From IMG/VR virus record IMGVR_UViG_3300028597_000007: a stretch of 64,000 nucleotides of DNA. One strand, 5' to 3'. The stretch is from a virus. The translations under genes were made by a program, and so were the position numbers. Below are positions 1-8,750 of this stretch, one piece after another; the first letter of the stretch is position 1, and every line of letters starts with the position of its first letter. The notes beneath the pieces were generated by a model. The model saw nothing but the letters and a program-made list of their open reading frames with translations, had not been told where the DNA came from and searched no databases.

Positions 1-57
1 TACGGTAACGACTACAACCTTGCCCGAGTTGTTGGGCTCATGCAAAAGGAAGAGTAA
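1..57 (+). CDS. 3' end of a gene truncated by the window start
   Basis: Open frame YGNDYNLARVVGLMQKEE* ends at TAA 55-57, directly abutting the GTG of the next gene. Confidence 0.5.
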   Translation, partial: YGNDYNLARVVGLMQKEE

Positions 58-795
58 GTGAACAAGCCCTATCAATCTGCACCCCTGTCTGAACTGCACC
101 TGCGCGTCGGTGCCCTGCTGTTCTTCGCCAACGAAGTCAACCGTGGCCTGGAGCGTAAAGAGCTGAACCCAATGGGTAGCTTCTACATGTTCGACGACCA
201 CAGCGAAATCCGTACCCCGGCCAATGTGCCCGACAACTGGCCACACGGCCTGGTGCGCATCTTCACCGAACAAGTGAAGGGCGACGAGAAGTTCGAATTC
301 CAGCTGTCTCAGTTCGACCCGGCCATGAACACCGCAGCCTACGACGCCAAACGCGGCGGCGGCCTTGACCAGCAGGGCATCCGCTTCGTGGCTGGTACCG
401 GCTGGCAAGGTCTGAGCGCGCACTACCTGATGGTGCCTGAGTATGACCAGATCTCCTACGTGCCACTGATCGGTAGTCATACCGACGACATCGAAACCAT
501 TCTGGAGCAGTCCAAGCTGGGTGGCTACGATCGCAAGGTCATTCGTGAAACCTACGAAGCCACCGCCATGGCAGCGTACGAGAACGAAGACGACCTCGAA
601 CACGCTCGTGGTGTTCCGCACACCTACCACAACTGGCTGATGCTCAACGCCCTGATCATCGCCAAGATCGTCACCCTGCGCGCGATCGCGCTGGCCGAGC
701 ATGGTGAGAACGTCCTCAACGAAACCATGCAACGCGATTCCAAGACCGGTGCTGTACTGCCGATCGACGTATCAGAAGAGCAAGATCCAGCCTGA
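58..795 (+). CDS. hypothetical protein (245 aa)
   Basis: GTG start preceded by AAGGAAGAG; strong GC3 codon bias; ends at a hairpin element. No recognisable motif. Confidence 0.8.
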   Translation: MNKPYQSAPLSELHLRVGALLFFANEVNRGLERKELNPMGSFYMFDDHSEIRTPANVPDNWPHGLVRIFTEQVKGDEKFEFQLSQFDPAMNTAAYDAKRGGGLDQQGIRFVAGTGWQGLSAHYLMVPEYDQISYVPLIGSHTDDIETILEQSKLGGYDRKVIRETYEATAMAAYENEDDLEHARGVPHTYHNWLMLNALIIAKIVTLRAIALAEHGENVLNETMQRDSKTGAVLPIDVSEEQDPA

Positions 796-854
796 CGGCA
801 TAGCTGCCCCTCCCCGCAAGGGGAGGGGCAGTGAGCCTATGCTCTTTTTTTTTT
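795..854. terminator. bidirectional hairpin with GGCATA/TATGC flanks (element 1)
   Basis: CTGCCCCTCCCC-GCAA-GGGGAGGGGCAG (804-831) between convergent genes; ACGGCATA on the left, TATGC then a T-run on the right. Confidence 0.85.
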
Positions 855-862
855 GCTTCAGA

Positions 863-1390
863 TCACATGTACTGTGCGTAGAAGCCTTGCAGGCGCTCGG
901 CCTGACTTACGTCGCTGACGCACTTCTCGATGCGACCGAAGCCGTAACGGGAGATGGCAACACCACGGCTTCGGCCGTCGCAGGTGGAGGTCATCAGGTG
1001 CAACATGGCTTCCAGCAGGCGCAGGTCCATCACCGGCATGGTCTTGAGCAGGTCCATGAAGCGGTTGCGGTAGCGCATGCTCATGACGCCATTGATGTTC
1101 TTCAGCACCCACTGCAGGAGTGCCTCGTAGGCCTGGTTGAAGTCTTGGCCTTCGAGCTTGAGTACCATCTTGATGATCTTGAGAATGGCTTTCTGCTGCT
1201 TGATGCCTTCCTCTTCGCTCGGTTCATTGCCTTTGGGGTCCATGACCTTTTCGTAGTCAGCCAGCAGGCCGTTGACGGTCTCCATGGTGATGTCGTATTT
1301 GGTCTTGGGTGTCACGTTGGCTTTCGCCACCTCTTTGGCCATGACTTCGGTACCTTCTTCGGTTGGAGTTTGTTCTTCGCCAGCCATCAT
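863..1390 (-). CDS. conserved phiKZ-like hypothetical/virion protein (gp79 position)
   Basis: GAGG SD before ATG 1390; acidic N-terminus; directly downstream of the RNAP beta' gene as in phiKZ synteny. Confidence 0.7.
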   Translation of the reverse strand: MMAGEEQTPTEEGTEVMAKEVAKANVTPKTKYDITMETVNGLLADYEKVMDPKGNEPSEEEGIKQQKAILKIIKMVLKLEGQDFNQAYEALLQWVLKNINGVMSMRYRNRFMDLLKTMPVMDLRLLEAMLHLMTSTCDGRSRGVAISRYGFGRIEKCVSDVSQAERLQGFYAQYM

Positions 1391-1397
1391 TGTTTCC

Positions 1398-2681
1398 TCA
1401 GGTGAAATGGCGCCTTGGATCAAAGCGCGTAGTTTTAAGGGCCGTACCGTGGGCTTTACCCATGAAGATGTACAGCATCATCGAACCCATGTCGGAGGCT
1501 TGACCACCAGGAGAGTTCGGGAAGCGAGCGTTCATGTCGCCCATACACTTGCCGCAGTAACCTGCACCAGGGGTCAGGCAGCGCTGAGGACTCCGCAGGG
1601 TAATCGTCTTGTTGACAATCGCGTCCAGGTTCTGCTCAGTAATGTGCACCGTCTTGCCATTGACGATGATGTAGAAGCCGATGTAGCGCTTGGCTTTATC
1701 TGCTGCCACAAACCGCTTGATACCCAGCACAGACCCGCAGTCGTCTTCGGTGATCGCATGGTTCTGGAATACCCGGATCAGGTACTGTACCGCTTCACCA
1801 CCGAGCGCTGTCTGCGCACCACGGTTGAAGGAACCTTCGCGGAGCGAGTTCGCATAGTCCGGGAGGTTCTTAAGGTTCAGGCCTTCGTCCAGAGACGTTG
1901 GGATCAGGTTCACCTGAGTACCGTCACCGAAAGCAGATTCCTCACCGTGCATGAGCAGCGTCTTCATGCGAACGATGTCGAAGTTCTTCTTACCGATGAG
2001 GTAGTCTTGCGAGTCGTCCCCCTTTACCCAGTCCTTGTCCACCTTGGACAACTCGCCTTTGATGATGGCGATGGTGGCTGGGTCGTGTAGGCGATCCTTG
2101 TACTGCTCCAGAAGCTTTTCGCGCAGTTCCCGTACCTTGGGGTCAGTCACCAGAGATTTACGCGTGGTGCCTGGTGTGAAGAGCTGCGTGAGGCCAGAGA
2201 GGATACATGCAGTAGCCTCCGTGTATCGCAGCAACTCCCAGACATAGATCTTGGCAGGATCGTTCTGGCTACGGTCTTCCGGGTTATTGGTCAGACGCTG
2301 AGCAATGATCTTCTCGATGTCTGACAGACGACGCGGGTTGGGGTCGAAAGGAATCTTGCCATTGAACGCGTAGACCACAGCCAGATGATGCCACAGCACC
2401 CAGGCGTAAGGTGCATTGCAGTCTGCCTCACATCCGATGAAGTCACCTTTCTTGAAGTCGGCCACCTCACGCTTGGAGAACAGTGGCTTGGTGATGTCTG
2501 CTTCAAAGCGAAGCTTGGACTCACCCATCTTAACCACCCACTCCTTACCTTCCACGTAAGGCTCGTACTCGCCCGCCTCACCACGGGTCAGGGAGAATGC
2601 ACGGATCGACCAGGACAAACGTTTGTACAGGCCAAGCTCCATGCATTTGAGAAAGAACAACCGCTTATCAAGCGTTTCCAT
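1398..2681 (-). CDS. virion RNA polymerase beta' subunit, C-terminal-type fragment (phiKZ gp80-like)
   Basis: RpoC-like motifs: GSFNRGAQTALGGE, ITEDDCGS, LRSPQRC...CGKCMG (Zn site) and GGQASDMGSMMLYIFMGKAHG (trigger-loop region, cf. AAQSIGEPGTQLTMRTFH). Confidence 0.88.
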   Translation of the reverse strand: METLDKRLFFLKCMELGLYKRLSWSIRAFSLTRGEAGEYEPYVEGKEWVVKMGESKLRFEADITKPLFSKREVADFKKGDFIGCEADCNAPYAWVLWHHLAVVYAFNGKIPFDPNPRRLSDIEKIIAQRLTNNPEDRSQNDPAKIYVWELLRYTEATACILSGLTQLFTPGTTRKSLVTDPKVRELREKLLEQYKDRLHDPATIAIIKGELSKVDKDWVKGDDSQDYLIGKKNFDIVRMKTLLMHGEESAFGDGTQVNLIPTSLDEGLNLKNLPDYANSLREGSFNRGAQTALGGEAVQYLIRVFQNHAITEDDCGSVLGIKRFVAADKAKRYIGFYIIVNGKTVHITEQNLDAIVNKTITLRSPQRCLTPGAGYCGKCMGDMNARFPNSPGGQASDMGSMMLYIFMGKAHGTALKTTRFDPRRHFT

Positions 2682-3507
2682 GACCCAGTACCCTTGTCAG
2701 AATTTTGTTGATCTCTGCCAAGAGGCGTTGACCTGCTTGGGAACTGCCCAGCACAGGCTCCATCAACTTGGCCACTTCTTCACGCAGGGTATCGCGCTTG
2801 AGGTCAGACATCAGTGCCATGCCAGACACCTCGACTGCCATCTGCTCAATCGGCAGTGCCTCGAACCACTTGTCGTTGTTCACGATCAGGGTGTTCATCG
2901 ACTGACCCAGTGCAGCGCCACTGCGCACGTAGTCCACGACCTTGGACTCTGGGTAGATGGCCGCGAACACACGGAAGTCGCTCAGCGCAGCGCCTGGGAT
3001 GGTGGACTCCTCATCCGAGAGCAATGGCTTGGATTCCATCGACTCGCCCAGCCGTTTGATCAAGCTGGGGGATACGGAAACGATCCAGTCAATCAGGTGA
3101 CCATCGTGGTTCTTACCGACCATCTCGAACAGTTCGGTGAGGATGTCGGTGTTGGAGTTACCCAGCTCATGGATGTCAATGCCGTCTGGGTAGTCCAGGT
3201 GTGATACACCTTCTGCCGTGTCCCAAGTCAGGAGGAACTCCAGCAGGTCGGCAGTGGTGGAGATTGCACTAGGCTCGAATTCGATCTCAACGCCAAATTG
3301 AGCATAGGCAGCCAAGATCCCATCGATCATCATCTTCTCAGCGTTACCTGCGATGACTTCAGGTTCAAGACCCTGCTCACCCTTGATGATGTGCTCGATG
3401 CGATCGGTGTGTCCGGTCATCCCGCAGCGATAGAGCAGGTTGATGCAGTGCATCAGCTCTACGGTGCGGTTGGGGTGATAAACCGCGTTAAAGAATTGTT
3501 CAAGCAT
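2668..3507 (-). CDS. conserved phage hypothetical protein (279 aa)
   Basis: Coding-like codon bias; AGGT SD; 14-nt overlap with the RNAP gene start implies translational coupling. Confidence 0.75.
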   Translation of the reverse strand: MLEQFFNAVYHPNRTVELMHCINLLYRCGMTGHTDRIEHIIKGEQGLEPEVIAGNAEKMMIDGILAAYAQFGVEIEFEPSAISTTADLLEFLLTWDTAEGVSHLDYPDGIDIHELGNSNTDILTELFEMVGKNHDGHLIDWIVSVSPSLIKRLGESMESKPLLSDEESTIPGAALSDFRVFAAIYPESKVVDYVRSGAALGQSMNTLIVNNDKWFEALPIEQMAVEVSGMALMSDLKRDTLREEVAKLMEPVLGSSQAGQRLLAEINKILTRVLGHGNA

Positions 3508-3594
3508 GGCGCACCTAAACTGTGTGTTATATAGGAAGAGCGTCTACTAAGATATAGCGGCTATGGCCTCTTCAACAGACAAGGAAATATACAA

Positions 3595-4485
3595 ATGGCA
3601 AATGGCAAGAGCGGCGCGTTCGGTAGCCGCAAAGGTATCAAGACTCCAGCGGTCATGGTTCAGGGAAACCAGCTGCGTGTGGCAAAGGACCCAGCCCCAT
3701 GGTTCGCTGACTTCGACTCGCTGGCGGCACAGTGCACCGCACTGACCACCTCCCCGGCAATGATCATGCCGTACTTCGGCGACGCCGAACTGATGGCCAA
3801 GATCGACCGTCAGGGCGTTAACGATGCCACCAAGGCATTGATGGAACAGATCAAGCAACAGAAAGAACGTCTGGCTGCACTGGTTGCTGAGACCAAGGCC
3901 ATGCGTGAAGGCGTCCCGGCCATGGACGGCAAACCTGCTCGTGCCCCGATCACCAAGGTCACCCAGGACAACACCATCGAGCTGCTGAACCACGGCGAGC
4001 AGTTCCAAACCTTCATGGATGACTGGCTGCGCATCATCTACTTCTCCATGGACAAGGTGCTGGACTTCTTCCGCGCCCTCGGTCAGGACATCCCGGTACT
4101 GTGCCCTTACAGCCAGGGCTTCGTGAAGACCGAGCAGAACATGACCCCAGAAGAGCTGAAGGCGGCCTCCGGTGCCAGCCTCGACGAGCTGGCCGCAGAA
4201 GTCGCCGAAGAAGATCACCTGGGCAAGATGATCCTCGGCGTACTGCAGGCAGCACCGCTGAAGGCGCACCAGCGCAAGGCCTTCGCCAAGATGATCGAGG
4301 TCACCCCTGAGCAGTTCAACAAGCTGATCAAGGGCGACTACCGCCAGTTCTCCCTGACCAAGCTGCGTTCCATCCATGAGAAGATGGACGGCCCTGCCTA
4401 CGAGCAGGAACTGGCAGCTGTCGAGCAGACCGAACTCCAGCAGATGGCAGAAGCTGCCGAATCCACCACTCAAAAGGTTGAGTAA
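3595..4485 (+). CDS. hypothetical protein with a C-terminal XRE/HTH_37-like helix-turn-helix
   Basis: AAGGA SD; C-terminal LGKMILGVL...AKMIEVTPEQFNKLIKGDYRQFSLTKLRSIHEKM matches the XRE pattern A..LGVTQP.VS.L..G....FS...L. Confidence 0.7.
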   Translation: MANGKSGAFGSRKGIKTPAVMVQGNQLRVAKDPAPWFADFDSLAAQCTALTTSPAMIMPYFGDAELMAKIDRQGVNDATKALMEQIKQQKERLAALVAETKAMREGVPAMDGKPARAPITKVTQDNTIELLNHGEQFQTFMDDWLRIIYFSMDKVLDFFRALGQDIPVLCPYSQGFVKTEQNMTPEELKAASGASLDELAAEVAEEDHLGKMILGVLQAAPLKAHQRKAFAKMIEVTPEQFNKLIKGDYRQFSLTKLRSIHEKMDGPAYEQELAAVEQTELQQMAEAAESTTQKVE

Positions 4486-4487
4486 CC

Positions 4488-6116
4488 ATGCAAGGTTCCG
4501 ACATCGAAAGCGAAGCACCAGCGCCGGATGATTCCGATCTGGTGCATGAGGCCGAGGCTGTTGCGCAGGTAGAACTGCCGGCCGAAGAACGTGCCCCGGC
4601 CGAAGAAAAGCCGCGCACTGAAATGCACGACGACGAAGACTCCGACCTGCCCAATGAAGACCAAGCGTCTTCCGAAGCCGGTAAGCCGTTCTTCGAAGCC
4701 GACCACTGGCAGAGCGACAAGACCTACCAGAAGGAGCCGATGGTTAAAGACCGTCCGGCTAACTTCGAACCCCCGTTCACCTTGATTGTCCCCTCGCTGA
4801 ACACCAAAGACGCTACCCGCGTTGCTGAAGCGCTGGAACCAGTCATCAAGCATGTCTCTCCACAGACTGCTGAATGGCTCCGCCGCATTGTGACCAGCCA
4901 GTCGATGATCGTGGCCAACGGTCAGTTCGAAGCTTCTCTGCAACGTGATGGCTCGCTCTGGCTGCAAGCACCTGAACACGACGGCATCAAGCTGGTCGCT
5001 CAGGTGCCCGCCATTGCACAGCCTGCACCTGGCACTATCCTGACCGGCCAAGATGCTGAGATCCACATGGCTCAGCAAACCAAGACCTATGCCCGGATGA
5101 TGTTCCCCCTGTACCACACCGGTATCTGGTTGAACGTCGCAGTGCCCCACGGCTCCGAGCTGCACGTCCTGGAAGAAGCACTGGCTGCTGCCAAGTACGA
5201 CCTGGGCTACATGACCAAGGGCCTGGTTTACTCCAATACCTCAGTCATGCAGAACATCGCGCTGGTCAACTTCGTGTTGGACCATGTGATCAACTCTTCG
5301 GCGGAACACACCACCACTGCGTTCCTGAAGAAGGTGATTCGCATCACCGACATTAACTTGATCGCTGCGAACATGTCGTCGGCTATCTATCCGTCGGGCT
5401 TCCCGCTGGAGCGCCCGTGCTCTGCTGAGCCGATGAAGTGCCACAACGTTACCAAGGGCCTGCTGCGCCTGTCCAAGATCATCTGGACCGACGACAACGG
5501 CCTGTCGGCTTACCAGAAGAAGTTCATGGCTACTCGTCTGGCTGGCCAGAAGAAAACCGAGGCGGACTTCAAGAAGTATCAGGAGGAATTCCCCGGTGTT
5601 ACTCAACGTGTTGTCGAAATTGCTCCTGGCATCAGCGTTCTGCTCATGCCTCCAACTATCGAACAGTACGAGCAGTCCGGCTATTCCTGGATCGAGTCGA
5701 TTGAGCGTGGGGCGAACGCCATGCTCAACACCCCAACTGGTCCTGAACTGAACGCTCACATGACTGCGCAGTATCAACTGCAGTCGATGCGCCAGTACGC
5801 CCACTGGGTAGACGCGATCATTTACCCGAACGACGTGTCGGTACGTGACCGCGAGACCATCAACAATCTGCTTGCCAAGCAGTCGGATAACACCGACCTG
5901 GTTGACAAGTTCATTGCTGCGGTCAAGCAGTTCATCGAAGACTGTGTTGTCTCGGTCGTCGGCATTAACAACTACAGCTGCCCATCCTGTGGTAAGTCCC
6001 AGACTGCCGAAGGTTCGCGCAATCCGAAGTTGATCCCCCTCGACCCGGTCCACACTTTTTTCACCCTCAGCGGCCTGAAGACTCAAACTACTCTCTCGAA
6101 AAACTCGGAGCACTAG
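4488..6116 (+). CDS. tail/baseplate assembly chaperone-like protein with C-terminal CPSCG (T4 gp26/gp51-like or gpG-like)
   Basis: 542 aa; acidic N-terminal extension; Cys motifs CSAEPMKC and YSCPSCG near the C-terminus; carries a T6C slippery site near its end. Confidence 0.55.
   Translation: MQGSDIESEAPAPDDSDLVHEAEAVAQVELPAEERAPAEEKPRTEMHDDEDSDLPNEDQASSEAGKPFFEADHWQSDKTYQKEPMVKDRPANFEPPFTLIVPSLNTKDATRVAEALEPVIKHVSPQTAEWLRRIVTSQSMIVANGQFEASLQRDGSLWLQAPEHDGIKLVAQVPAIAQPAPGTILTGQDAEIHMAQQTKTYARMMFPLYHTGIWLNVAVPHGSELHVLEEALAAAKYDLGYMTKGLVYSNTSVMQNIALVNFVLDHVINSSAEHTTTAFLKKVIRITDINLIAANMSSAIYPSGFPLERPCSAEPMKCHNVTKGLLRLSKIIWTDDNGLSAYQKKFMATRLAGQKKTEADFKKYQEEFPGVTQRVVEIAPGISVLLMPPTIEQYEQSGYSWIESIERGANAMLNTPTGPELNAHMTAQYQLQSMRQYAHWVDAIIYPNDVSVRDRETINNLLAKQSDNTDLVDKFIAAVKQFIEDCVVSVVGINNYSCPSCGKSQTAEGSRNPKLIPLDPVHTFFTLSGLKTQTTLSKNSEH
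6056..6062 (+). other. candidate -1 programmed ribosomal frameshift site T TTT TTC
   Basis: X XXY YYZ heptamer in the correct frame of the 4488 gene; the -1 frame is stop-free from 6056 to 6598. Confidence 0.6.
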
Positions 6117-6190
6117 AGCCTTCACAAATCCAAACCGAAGCCGGATTATCAGTTAACACTAAGCGCCACGTTAACGATCCGAACTTCGGT

Positions 6191-6598
6191 TTGGACACCG
6201 ACCTTTATGACACAGAGCTGGCGCGCATCCGCGAGGTGATCCATGAGACAGGTGATAAGCCTGACTATGTGGACTCCGAGATGATGATGCGCACGGTGTA
6301 CGAGTCTGCGTTCGGTATACACAACCACTACGGGCCTAATCAACATCCTTTCGCTTTGGTCGCGGCTCATCCAAAGGAAGATTTTGTTCCGTACTCCAGT
6401 CGGTTCCGTGACTATGCGGCTTACATCAATGCGCGGGTCTACGAGACTACCGGGATTCCAATGGACAAGTTCTTTGATCGGCCTCGTGCCGAGATTGAAA
6501 TGATCATGGGTCTTGTGCGAGTCAGCAACCGCAAGCAGGCACACAGCGCTGAAGAGATTGCCGCGGCAGCGCGAGCAGCTCAGCAGGGCAAGAAGTAA
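6191..6598 (+). CDS. gpT-like C-terminal chaperone segment, probably expressed by frameshift from the upstream gene
   Basis: Only a TTG with no SD; the frame stays open upstream to the slippery site; YINARVYETTGIPMDKFFDRPRAEIEMIM resembles the short helical T-type segments that follow tail chaperones. Confidence 0.65.
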   Translation: MDTDLYDTELARIREVIHETGDKPDYVDSEMMMRTVYESAFGIHNHYGPNQHPFALVAAHPKEDFVPYSSRFRDYAAYINARVYETTGIPMDKFFDRPRAEIEMIMGLVRVSNRKQAHSAEEIAAAARAAQQGKK

Positions 6599-6611
6599 TG
6601 GGGAGTCTACA

Positions 6612-6899
6612 ATGATCGACAACCGCATGATGCGTCACGCTATCATGGGACATGAGGAGGGGGATGATCCACGCCCCTCCCGCTTTGTGGTGGATAACCA
6701 CACACGTCGCCTGATCCCTTACCGTGACACGTACACGGAGAGCCAGGTCTGTACCAAGTTCGGTATCACCAAGGGCCAGCTGCGTAAAGCAGTGAAGTCT
6801 GGAGGCTTCCCGAAGCCTACCAAGTACGGTCCAGGCAACAAGCCGTGGTGGGCTGACACCATCATCGACAAAGTGTCCCGTGTTGACGAAGACGAGTGA
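6612..6899 (+). CDS. AlpA/excisionase-like helix-turn-helix protein (95 aa)
   Basis: GGGAG SD before ATG 6612; YTESQVCTKFGITKGQLRKAVKSGGFPKPTKYGPGNKPWW fits the AlpA pattern (HTH followed by G.FP.P...G...W). Confidence 0.7.
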   Translation: MIDNRMMRHAIMGHEEGDDPRPSRFVVDNHTRRLIPYRDTYTESQVCTKFGITKGQLRKAVKSGGFPKPTKYGPGNKPWWADTIIDKVSRVDEDE

Positions 6900-6942
6900 C
6901 GGCATAACCTCCCTCCCCGCAAGGGGAGGGAGGGCTTTATGC
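6897..6942. terminator. bidirectional hairpin with GGCATA/TATGC flanks (element 2)
   Basis: CCTCCCTCCCC-GCAA-GGGGAGGGAGG (6908-6933) between convergent genes; the polymerase stop TAA lies inside the right-hand flank. Confidence 0.85.
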
Positions 6943-8688
6943 TGCGTCTTTGTGTTCCTCGTCGTACAGTGCCAGCAGTTCGTTCGAAGCAGGCAGGCCC
7001 AGCAGTTGTTGTGCGATCATGTTACCGTTGACATGACCACCAGTTAGATCGATACCGATCCATCTCCACTGATCCTCCTCCATGCCCTCCACAGATGACA
7101 GTTCCGTTTGCGTTGTGAACTTGTCAATGTTGAGCATGTCCTGCAACTTAGGATACGTTGACACCACGTCGATGTCGGATACGTGCGTGAACAGTAATGG
7201 AACATGTCCTCGCATGTCAGACACAATGTCGTCGTCTGGTTCCGGTCCCATGTAAGCAGGTAGTGTGACGATCCAGTTTCCAAGGCCAGGGCTGGCTTGG
7301 TCCACCTCCGTTAACATCTCGTCGGAAGTAGTACCCGCCATCAGCTTGTACTTCTGCAGGAAGAAGTGCAGGTCGTCAGCGATCATCCGTGGCTGGGAGT
7401 CGTAGTTCTTGTACTCGGAGCACTTCAGAAGAGCTGGCAGGCACATGGCGATGTCGTTGGTGGTTTCATCCAGCATTTCTACCGAGATGTCGTCCCACAA
7501 GTTGTAGATGCAGTATTCCACAGGGAAATACTTCTGCATGAACTGGTGCCACTCTTTCTTCACGAACCCGTCAGCTTCCGTGAACTTAAGCTTGCCGCCC
7601 AGCTTGTGCTTACGCAGCAGATAGTCCAGGTTGTACTCGGGGTCGTTCGCCGATGCCGTGCGGATACGCTTGTACAGAAGCATCGAGTCACAGATGACAA
7701 AGGAAGCCTGGTTGGTCACCGTGTGCCATTGGTCAATCGGGTTGATTGGAACCTTGGTGTCTTTACCGCCGTCCTTCTTGACCTTGTGTGCCGCGCCTTG
7801 GTTCCATTTGAAGTTACGGAACTTCTTAGGAATACGGGGATCGCAGAATACGTCAGCCGGGTCATAGCCAGAGTCACGTAAGGCGCGTTCTGATTTGGGA
7901 ATATCGAACGCCATGTTGAAGATGGTGACGTAGTCTGGTTGCCATTCATGGGCTGCCTCAAAGCTACGCTGCACCAATTGAGCCGGGAAGTCATGGATGT
8001 TGATTTCCATGGTCTGCGGGTCAATGCCACGTTTCTTTAAGATCGGCCCTAATAACTCTTCAGCCTTGTCGCGCACCAGTTGAATGAAGCGTTCTGGTTT
8101 CTTGTCTTCAGCAGACAGCGCAGACTCATCAATCCAGCTGCCCAGAATGTTCATGCTGACATTCTTTTTGTTGGTCATCGACGCGATAATGATCTCCTCT
8201 TCTTCGGAGTTCATATTCGTCTCGATATCGTAGACCGCCACGTTACTTGGGGTAGGTGTTCCACCCCAGCGATCGCGGTAACCACGCTTGACCAACACCG
8301 GTGTAGATACGTCCGCACCGTACAGGTAAGGGGACCTGGCAAGCTGTCTCAGACCGCCCCGAGCATTGGGGTTGCCGAGGGCGCGAGCGACCTTATTATG
8401 TAGTTCATGCTGACTGCAAGTGAACTTCCGAAGCTGCGAGATAGGTGCCCACGGGCGCTTGTCTTTATGTGTCCTGTACTTTTCCAGAGTGACGTAAAAG
8501 TCACGCTGGTAGTTGTGGATCAGACGCAGGTTAGGAATAGGGGGACGCCCGTCCTTGCAGTGAATCAGTTCTTTAACGACGACCACGTCATTAGGCGAAT
8601 AGTCGTTAGCCTTCGAATAAGTTGCGTGCACACATTCGAAGCGGTCGATCTCTTCCCGATCGGGGAGATTTGGATACATGAATGGCAT
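6937..8688 (-). CDS. split family B DNA polymerase, N-terminal 3'-5' exonuclease plus motif A part (phiKZ gp82-like)
   Basis: ExoI VYDIET, ExoII FNMAFDIP, YNLDYL, ExoIII YCIYNLWD, PolB motif A DIDVVSTYP; motifs B and C absent. Confidence 0.85.
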   Translation of the reverse strand: MPFMYPNLPDREEIDRFECVHATYSKANDYSPNDVVVVKELIHCKDGRPPIPNLRLIHNYQRDFYVTLEKYRTHKDKRPWAPISQLRKFTCSQHELHNKVARALGNPNARGGLRQLARSPYLYGADVSTPVLVKRGYRDRWGGTPTPSNVAVYDIETNMNSEEEEIIIASMTNKKNVSMNILGSWIDESALSAEDKKPERFIQLVRDKAEELLGPILKKRGIDPQTMEINIHDFPAQLVQRSFEAAHEWQPDYVTIFNMAFDIPKSERALRDSGYDPADVFCDPRIPKKFRNFKWNQGAAHKVKKDGGKDTKVPINPIDQWHTVTNQASFVICDSMLLYKRIRTASANDPEYNLDYLLRKHKLGGKLKFTEADGFVKKEWHQFMQKYFPVEYCIYNLWDDISVEMLDETTNDIAMCLPALLKCSEYKNYDSQPRMIADDLHFFLQKYKLMAGTTSDEMLTEVDQASPGLGNWIVTLPAYMGPEPDDDIVSDMRGHVPLLFTHVSDIDVVSTYPKLQDMLNIDKFTTQTELSSVEGMEEDQWRWIGIDLTGGHVNGNMIAQQLLGLPASNELLALYDEEHKDAA

Positions 8689-8750
8689 GATGTGCTCCAG
8701 CGTGAATCTCGAAATTCTCTAAACAGTATCCCGGCCGGGTAGGAACTCAC

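Noticed and set aside
701-1405. 234-aa + strand ORF crossing the first hairpin
   Set aside because: It spans a terminator and poly-T and lies antisense to the better supported 863-1390 gene.
3562-3565. Individual TATG sites (e.g. 3562, 25307, 34023) as late promoters
   Set aside because: A 4-mer is too frequent to call without TSS data.
6098-6104. Alternative slippery sequence G AAA AAC near the end of the 542-aa gene
   Set aside because: It would also reach the -1 frame, but P-site re-pairing (AAA to GAA) is poor compared with T TTT TTC. Kept only as a control for the frameshift assay.
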